From NCBI GenBank assembly GCA_040954595.2, contig JBECUI020000027.1, positions 186,001-250,000 of the forward strand: a stretch of 64,000 nt of DNA. Direction: 5' to 3'. This document shows, in pieces, positions 63,503-64,000 of this stretch. How positions within the stretch are numbered: the stretch's first letter is position 1; the number at the start of each line of letters is the position of its first letter. Under the pieces are notes generated by a model. It did no database searches. It saw only the letters and a program-made list of their open reading frames with translations, and was not told the DNA's origin. Both the position numbers and the translations under genes were made by a program. The DNA comes from Balanoglossus misakiensis (lineage: Eukaryota > Animalia > Hemichordata).

Positions 63503-63966
63503 GCTCTTGCCTTTCCTTTTTCCAACAGTGTTTCTAATTGAGAGGCAATGGTTTCCTGGCTTACACCCTCTTTTAAGATCACCAGAAGTGTGTCATCTCC
63601 AGCCACTGTACCCAACATTCCATGAGATATCAGATTTTCTACAGCAATGGCCACCGTATTCGCATGGCCGGCCAAGGTGCGGATGACTCCCAGATTTCCG
63701 GAAAAATCCACAGAAATAAAACCTCGGCTGAAATCTTCTAAGAATTTAGATTCGCTTTTTTCTTCTTCCTTTGAGGGGAAATAGTAGTATCCTCCCAATT
63801 TGTCATGAAACTTTCCCACTTTGAGCCTTTGTAGGTCTCTGGAAAGGGTGGATTGGGCCACTCTGACACCCTCTCTTTGCAGATAAGCCTGTAAACTTGT
63901 TTGAGAAGTAATTTTCTGTTCTTTAATGATACGTCGAATGTTCTCAATGCGTTTCATGTATGACAT
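63499..63966 (-). CDS. argR: Arginine repressor
   Basis: SQ..L...L, QSTLSRDL, GTVAGDDT. Confidence 0.95.
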   Translation of the reverse strand: MSYMKRIENIRRIIKEQKITSQTSLQAYLQREGVRVAQSTLSRDLQRLKVGKFHDKLGGYYYFPSKEEEKSESKFLEDFSRGFISVDFSGNLGVIRTLAGHANTVAIAVENLISHGMLGTVAGDDTLLVILKEGVSQETIASQLETLLEKGKARA

Positions 63967-63968
63967 AA

Positions 63969-63986
63969 CTGGAATTATTATGCAAT
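63969..63986 (-). promoter_or_regulatory. Putative ARG box upstream of argR
   Basis: TGCATAATAATTCCA resembles TGAATwwwwATTCA; a partial second box lies at the window edge. Confidence 0.5.
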
Positions 63987-64000
63987 AAATAGGAATAAAC

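Overview
Bacterial chromosomal window, most consistent with a spirochaete (spirochaete-type 'LFSC' lipoboxes, a bS22-like small ribosomal protein, an rpoS-like gene with a sigma54 promoter). The first ~18 kb, open at the left edge, is a head-to-tail array of at least 12 ~1.6 kb cassettes on the minus strand. Each cassette has its own sigma70-type promoter, RBS and ATG, a (TCAC)n tract inside the signal-peptide coding region, a lipobox, and a lipoprotein with two conserved FN3-like domains around a hypervariable, mosaic middle domain. Hand-counted tract lengths are 14,20,18,21,14,15,14,14,20,14,18,19. Only n=19, the transcriptionally first cassette, is in frame, which points to a phase- and antigenic-variation system. 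The rest is mostly housekeeping: rpoS-like sigma, ppdK, bS22, DEAD helicase, pgeF, DJ-1, ackA, a Dpp/Opp ABC system, nadA, a nucleotidyltransferase-EamA fusion, an IS256 with a relic copy, ogt, prs, ddl, an ECF transporter with two DUF62 genes, a CHASE2 adenylate cyclase/FecR/outer-membrane operon, and argRCBDG. A cluster of frameshifts at 23.7-27.4 kb may be sequencing error.
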